Source of the DNA: Candidatus Latescibacterota bacterium
GTDB lineage: Bacteria; Latescibacterota; UBA2968; UBA8231
Direction: 5' to 3'
Length of the DNA stretch: 64,000 bases
Assembly (NCBI GenBank): GCA_965206595.1
Contig: OZ242214.1
Coordinates: 4,736,001-4,800,000 of the forward strand
Shown: in pieces, positions 58,902 through 64,000 of the stretch
How the letters are laid out: each line of letters starts with the position of its first letter
Position numbering within the stretch: the first letter of the stretch is position 1
Translations under genes and position numbers: made by a program
The notes under the pieces: generated by a model
Databases searched by the model: none
Seen by the model: only the letters and a program-made list of their open reading frames with translations
What the model was told of the DNA's origin: nothing

Positions 58902-59512
58902 TCGGCGGCTCCTTCCTCCACGGCCCCGAGATCGATCCAGTAGCGCAGCTTGCGCACCAACTCGCCGCGGCCGCGCCCTTCATCCTTGAGGGCCCGGCCG
59001 TTCATTTTCATGGCGCTCTCGAACTCGCCGCCGTTGCGCTCGATGATCTTCTTCGAGGCAAGGTTGTCCGAATCGCAGGTAACCAGCAGGCGCGCCAGTC
59101 CCATGGCGCTGCATTCCCTCAAGGCCAGGGAGAGGATGATCTGCCCGTACCCGCGGCGGCGAAGCCCCGGGCGAATGCTGTAGCCCACGTGCCCGCCGTA
59201 GGTCACCAGGTATGGGGTGCCCAGCTCCGGGCGCACCGACAGCTGGCCCACGTACTCATCCCGGTCGATCAGCCAGAAGACGCGGTCCTGGTAGCCGGAA
59301 TAGCTGCCGGGGCGTTTCTCGCCGAGCTTGCGCAGGTCCCACACGAAGGAGGAGAAACGCCTTTCGAGCTTCCGCAGGTCGTAGCCGAGGAGCGCCGCGT
59401 ACGTCGAGTCCAGCCTGCCTTCGCGGAGGAACTCCGCAGCGCCGGCCAGGAAGCTGTTGCGGTAACGTTCGGAGGGCCGGTCGAGAAAACAGGAGTGCGT
59501 CCTGCCGTTCAT
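58898..59512 (-). CDS. GNAT-family acetyltransferase
   Basis: GGHVGYSIRPGLRRRGYG and LVTCDSDNLASKKIIERNGG; start at MNGRT. Confidence 0.9.
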   Translation of the reverse strand: MNGRTHSCFLDRPSERYRNSFLAGAAEFLREGRLDSTYAALLGYDLRKLERRFSSFVWDLRKLGEKRPGSYSGYQDRVFWLIDRDEYVGQLSVRPELGTPYLVTYGGHVGYSIRPGLRRRGYGQIILSLALRECSAMGLARLLVTCDSDNLASKKIIERNGGEFESAMKMNGRALKDEGRGRGELVRKLRYWIDLGAVEEGAAE

Positions 59513-59833
59513 TGGCACGGGTCTCGCTCGCGGAATGCTCTTCTGCAGATCGGCAGCAGCCTGGGTGAAAAGGCGCCCGCAGGCGAGGCGGGCGAATCGG
59601 GAAGTTTGCCCGGCTGCGGGCAGATAGGGGTAGCGCCGAGGCAGCCCGGTGTCAAGCCGCCGGGACCCACGGTCCCGAGTTGATGCGGCGCGGGAGGGCC
59701 GCCATATTCTGCCCCTCGCCGCCCTCTCCTTCCCCCCCGAATCCTCAGAATAGTCAAAAAAATGGACAAAGTAACTCTTCCCGGAATCGGCGGTAGTCGT
59801 TCTCGAAGCCTGAATCCGCAGATTCGTCAGTAA

Positions 59834-61291
59834 ATGGACAAAGTAACGGTACCGCCTCTCAAAGGAGTCTACGCCGAGCCCTGGTCCCTCAGGCGGGTCC
59901 TCGCCATGCTCTCCGCGTTCGGTCCGGCGGCGATAGTCGCATCGGTGAGCATCGGCGCCGGAGAGACCATCGTCGTGGTGCGCCTCGGCGCCTGGTCGGG
60001 GTACGACCTGTTGTGGCTGATCCTGCTCAGCGTGCTGGCGAAAAGCATTTTCGTCACCTATCTCGTCGGCCGCTACACGGCGATCAGCGGCGAGTACATC
60101 GGCCACCGCCTCGTCCACCTGCCCGGTCCGCGCGGCTGGCTCCTGATAACGCTGATCGTCCTCGAGCTGTCGGTGGCGCCGCTGGCCTGGGTGGCGATCT
60201 CCAAACCGTGCGGCGACCTCGTCCACCACCTGTTCATCGCCTCCGCCGGAAGCGTCGACGCCGCCGAGAAGTTCTGGGAAAACGGCATCTCCACCTTCTT
60301 CATCGCCGTGGCGATGCTGTTCGGCATCCGGCTTTCTTTCGAGCGTCTCGAGAAACAGCAGTTGGCGATCTGCGGCATTCTCGTCATCGGAACGGTGATC
60401 GGCACTCTGATGGTGCGGCCCGACTTCGTCCAGGCCCTTCTCGGCAGCTTCGGCATAAACGGAATTCCGGACTTCCCGTCCTGGGCACCGGCCGACGCCA
60501 TCGAGTATCCGCTGCTGACCTTGGCCACCGCCTTCGGCTACGTCGGCGGCGGCGTCTTCACCTACCTCGCCTATTCCAACTGGGTCGGCCTGCATCGCTG
60601 GGGCATGACCGGACACGACGACATCGACCGCATCCGCGAGCACGCCTTCGCCAGCAGGGAGATCGACTACCTCCCGGAGGACGACGAGCAGGTGAGCCGC
60701 CTGCGGCAGTTGGTGGCGCCGCTGCGCTGGGACGTCGGCATGGGCGCCATCGTCCTGTTCATCGTCAGCGCCGCTTTCCTGATATCCGGCGCCGCGGTGC
60801 TGATGCCGCTGCAGACCCACTTCCAGGGCTGGAGCCTGCTGACCAACCAGGCGCACGTCTGGGCGAACATTCACCCGACGCTGGTGTGGATCTACTACGT
60901 GTGCATAGTCGCCGCCCTGTGGGGGACGCTGCAGGCGCTCCCCGAGATGTACGCCCGCGTCGTTCAGGGATTCACCTCGGCCGTATGGCCGGACCGGACA
61001 TGGAACTTCGACAGCCTGAAGCGGTACATCTGCCTGTACATGTTCGCAGTCGCCACCACCATCATCTGGCTCGACATCCCTTTCAACACTCTCATCCAGA
61101 TAGCCGGCTTCATCCTCGCCAACCTGGCGATCGCGCTGCTGATGCCGGCAGCCATCTACCTGAACTTCATGCTTCCGCCCCGCTACCGGACCCGCCCCGC
61201 GGTGCTGATCGGCGCCCTGCTTTCGGGTGTGGTCCTCTTCGTTTTCGCCTGCATCAGCGGCTGGGGCCTGTCGCTCAAGCTGTTCGGATAG
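59834..61291 (+). CDS. Nramp-like (APC superfamily) membrane transporter
   Basis: FGPAAIVASVSIGAGE..GAWSGYDLLW..GRYTAISGE and about 11 hydrophobic segments; substrate unknown. Confidence 0.8.
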   Translation: MDKVTVPPLKGVYAEPWSLRRVLAMLSAFGPAAIVASVSIGAGETIVVVRLGAWSGYDLLWLILLSVLAKSIFVTYLVGRYTAISGEYIGHRLVHLPGPRGWLLITLIVLELSVAPLAWVAISKPCGDLVHHLFIASAGSVDAAEKFWENGISTFFIAVAMLFGIRLSFERLEKQQLAICGILVIGTVIGTLMVRPDFVQALLGSFGINGIPDFPSWAPADAIEYPLLTLATAFGYVGGGVFTYLAYSNWVGLHRWGMTGHDDIDRIREHAFASREIDYLPEDDEQVSRLRQLVAPLRWDVGMGAIVLFIVSAAFLISGAAVLMPLQTHFQGWSLLTNQAHVWANIHPTLVWIYYVCIVAALWGTLQALPEMYARVVQGFTSAVWPDRTWNFDSLKRYICLYMFAVATTIIWLDIPFNTLIQIAGFILANLAIALLMPAAIYLNFMLPPRYRTRPAVLIGALLSGVVLFVFACISGWGLSLKLFG

Positions 61292-61406
61292 GACCGAGCC
61301 GGGCCTTCTCGTTCTCCGGGAAGGGGTGCCGTAGAAGAGCTTGACCTGATGCGGCCCGTGCCCGAACCCCTATTCGCTGGTGTCGGTGGTCATAAAGCGC
61401 TTCCAG

Positions 61407-61499
61407 TCAATTACCCGTCAATTTAGCAACTACAGCAAAATCAGCTAGTTACGGAATTCCAAGGACTGTCCGACGGTTCTCGATCAATTACCTGTCAAT
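61407..61499. repeat. 16-bp direct repeat pair TCAATTACCYGTCAAT
   Basis: Copies at 61407-61422 and 61484-61499, 15 of 16 bases identical. Confidence 0.75.
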
Positions 61500-61574
61500 C
61501 AGGTCGGAGACTCGACACCGATTGCGCGTCACGTTTTGTGACGATCTCCGCGAGGCGTTCTCCGGCCCGGGACG

Positions 61575-63041
61575 TCAGGCCCAGAATGGGACGTATTTCA
61601 TGAATTTCCGGCCGGCATTCTCGTCAAACGGCTTGATCATGCCGGCGTCCACGGCCTCACGAATGCGGCGAGAAGCGATCGCCTTGTTGTTCTGCCTGAT
61701 GCCGAACCTTTCCCGAAGTGATGCGTTGGTCAGGAAATCCCGCATCACATATTTCAGGCAGGCGTGCAGGTAACAAGCCCGCAGGCGCTCCGCTCCATCC
61801 ATGTCGGCCAAATCCTTGTAGGCAAACAGAACCGCACGGGTAAACCCAGGCGGAGCTTCGAAGAGCGGGGCCGGCAAGTGGAGCAACTCGACCTGCAAGA
61901 CAACCTTGTCGACCCCACTGCCTCGTTCCTCAAAAATGCGAGCTCGGCGCATCAGGGAAGCCAGGGTCTCGTTTCGGGACTTGGGCGGTGTGTCGAGAAA
62001 GCGTTGCGTATCCACAAGCGGCTCACCGGGGTTGGTGATCTCAATGCGGTCATCGAAGATCTCGATCATCGGTCCCGCACCGGTGACGGAGAAGTCCTGA
62101 TGGATGAGCGCGTTGGCTACGAGCTCGCGGATGGCCAGGTCGGGGAACATCGGCACTGTCCTTCGCAAGGCCTTCCCGATCATCTCGTTAGCCGGTAGTA
62201 TGCCATCTATGTATCCGATCAAACCTTCAAAGCCGCAGGCGTATCCTTTGCCACCCTCCTGTTCTCTGAACGTCTCCGTCCGACCCTTGCCGCGGTACTG
62301 GATGACCCTTACGGACTTGCGCTTCAGATGCGGGAAGTCACCGAGCTTTTTGGCGAACAGAATGGCGCCCAGGTTCGTGATGTCGAAGCCGCCCGCTACG
62401 CTGGGGGAAATGAGCCGATCGCTCTGCAATGCGTGCAGTATGGCGTCACGACCGTCAGGAAGCGGCATTTCAAGCAGGTCGAAGTACGCCGGGTAATCGA
62501 GCTTCAACAGGATATCCTCGTCACTTACCCGTTCGGCGGCGATACCGTCCTCGAAGCTCACCCGGTCGAACACGCGCCAAAGTGCCCGTTCCTTCTCTTT
62601 GTAGTCTTTGAGCTTTCTCTTGCTGCTGCCTACCCGGATAAACTCGACGCCTTCGAACGCGACGGGGTGCTGGGACGCACGGTCAATCTCCATGATTACG
62701 ACCCGCTTCCCGTCAATCATTACTTCGTGAAAACGGAAGTCGATGCGCGGATTCATGAGCCGGAGCAACCAGGTCTCGAGCGGCTCGTTTCCCTTCTTCG
62801 AGAGCGCGGGCGAGAAGTCTGTTCCGACAACGGCGTGCGTCCCGTTCTCGATACCCCACAGGATGTATGCGTGAACCTTGTCGTGCAGGGCGGCCGCGTT
62901 GGAAAGCGCCGAGACGTACTCACCGACGGTTTGCGGATTGCGGTGATTGACTTTGAACTCAACCCACTCGGTCTCATGTGGCAGGTTGCACAGCTCACGT
63001 ACCAGGCCGAGAAGGTAGTCCTGGCTTTTATCAGTTGTCAT
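61575..63041 (-). CDS. AlbA/Schlafen-like domain plus RecG-C (HATPase_c_4) and HTH protein
   Basis: ETEWVEFK, ALSN..WGI, AIRELVANALIHQDF, RIEITNPG, SRN, EERGSGVDK and YVPFWA; alternative start 63074. Confidence 0.88.
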   Translation of the reverse strand: MTTDKSQDYLLGLVRELCNLPHETEWVEFKVNHRNPQTVGEYVSALSNAAALHDKVHAYILWGIENGTHAVVGTDFSPALSKKGNEPLETWLLRLMNPRIDFRFHEVMIDGKRVVIMEIDRASQHPVAFEGVEFIRVGSSKRKLKDYKEKERALWRVFDRVSFEDGIAAERVSDEDILLKLDYPAYFDLLEMPLPDGRDAILHALQSDRLISPSVAGGFDITNLGAILFAKKLGDFPHLKRKSVRVIQYRGKGRTETFREQEGGKGYACGFEGLIGYIDGILPANEMIGKALRRTVPMFPDLAIRELVANALIHQDFSVTGAGPMIEIFDDRIEITNPGEPLVDTQRFLDTPPKSRNETLASLMRRARIFEERGSGVDKVVLQVELLHLPAPLFEAPPGFTRAVLFAYKDLADMDGAERLRACYLHACLKYVMRDFLTNASLRERFGIRQNNKAIASRRIREAVDAGMIKPFDENAGRKFMKYVPFWA

Positions 63042-63175
63042 GAAACCCTCCGGCGCGTCGAATTCATTGTTCATCTACGTCTCTCAACGCATTCAACCGA
63101 ATGGGCGCAAGGCCCCGCGGCATCATACCGGTTATGAAGACTTTCGAACAATCCTTTATTGCGACAATACCGGCC

Positions 63176-64000
63176 TCAAGTCGCCTCGGTTCCTTCGCCG
63201 AGTGTGGACAGGTAGCGGTCGTAGACGAACAGCCGGTCCCGGCGCTTGCCGGTGATCTCCCGGGCGATTCCCTCGTTGGCCAGCAGTTCCATTGCCGAGG
63301 CGGCCGTTCGAAAGGAGAGCCTGGTCAGGCGGGACGCAGCGGGAACAGACAGGATCGGCTGCGACATGAGAGCCTCGTGTACCCGCAGCGCCGAACCTGC
63401 CCTGCGTCCCCCGGCTTCCTCAATTCGATCCGCGTCGCTATCGAACATCCCGGAGAGGCGTTCAGCGGTCTCTACGGCGCCATCTGCCGTCTGGGTCACG
63501 CCTTCGAGGAAGAAGGCGAGCCAGGCTTCCCAATCGCCCGTTCGGCGAATCTGGTTCAACAGGTCGTAGTAGGTCTCCCGGTGTTGCTTCAAATACAGAC
63601 TCAGATACAGGAGCGGCTGGCGCAGCACCCCGGCGTGGAACAGGAGCAGGGTTATGAGCAGCCTGCCCACGCGCCCGTTACCGTCGAGGAAGGGGTGGAT
63701 GGTCTCGAACTGCTCGTGCGCGACCCCTGCCTTCAGCAGCGCGGACTGCTCCTCCGAGTGGAGGAAACGCTCGAGCGCCGTCATGCAGTCGGGCACCTCG
63801 GTGTGCGGCGGCGGCACGAAGACCGCGTTTCCGGGGCGGGTCCCTCCGATCCAGTTCTGCGAGCGCCGGAACTCGCCGGGGTTTTTTTCGCTGCCCCGCC
63901 CACTCGCCATCAACACGCCGTGGATCTCGCGGATCAGGCGATTCGACAGCGGAAACCCCTCCCGCAGGCGGCGCAGACCATGTTCGAGCGCGGCCACGTA
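63176..64000 (-). CDS. Fic-family protein (5' end outside window)
   Basis: PGEFRRSQNWIGG, canonical motif HPFLDGNGRVGR and C-terminal EITGKRRDRLF. Confidence 0.95.
   Translation of the reverse strand, partial: YVAALEHGLRRLREGFPLSNRLIREIHGVLMASGRGSEKNPGEFRRSQNWIGGTRPGNAVFVPPPHTEVPDCMTALERFLHSEEQSALLKAGVAHEQFETIHPFLDGNGRVGRLLITLLLFHAGVLRQPLLYLSLYLKQHRETYYDLLNQIRRTGDWEAWLAFFLEGVTQTADGAVETAERLSGMFDSDADRIEEAGGRRAGSALRVHEALMSQPILSVPAASRLTRLSFRTAASAMELLANEGIAREITGKRRDRLFVYDRYLSTLGEGTEAT

Overview
GC-rich bacterial chromosome segment. It has two IS-scarred accessory blocks, housekeeping and catabolic core regions, and the edge of a further accessory block. (1) 1-19989 is the right part of an element integrated at a tRNA-Lys(CUU) gene; only the 3' half of the tRNA (att copy) is present, at 19945-19989. 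Its left part is defence-island-like: a DUF559-nuclease/RecQ helicase fusion with a coiled-coil partner, a broken PD-(D/E)XK-like gene, an intact DnaB paralogue that has lost its catalytic residues, a stand-alone winged-helix protein and a truncated double-AAA ATPase. The DnaB paralogue and the winged-helix gene share a GCGAC-N7-GTCGC palindrome upstream. An IS66 with mismatched flanks joins this part to a very compact phage- or satellite-like module: integrase, DnaA boxes and pentamer arrays, tail-terminator-like gene, unknown ORF, TerL (hit by IS1380::IS5 and IS630), HNH and the stub of a probable capsid gene. (2) 21.5-35 kb holds an ABC binding-protein pseudogene, an enolase-superfamily/LeuB-like/PhyH/2xDmpA/mutY/DUF368 operon, a TPR-Slt gene and a ZIP transporter. 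(3) 35.0-41.2 kb holds a nested IS701-like::IS66::IS5, a CDF fragment and an intact IS1380 abutting trxB. (4) 41-61 kb holds trxB, a CehA/McbA hydrolase, a C45 peptidase, qor, zapA, a phosphohexomutase, DUF62, NHL and TPR proteins, infA, class I lysS, fxsA, comEC, a THUMP methyltransferase, a phosphodiesterase, a GNAT and an Nramp-like transporter. (5) 61.4-64 kb holds an AlbA/Schlafen-type regulator and a Fic gene. No CRISPR array, rRNA or intact tRNA was seen. All family calls come from recognising motifs by eye; no searches were run. Several single-base frameshifts lie in homopolymers and may be sequencing errors.
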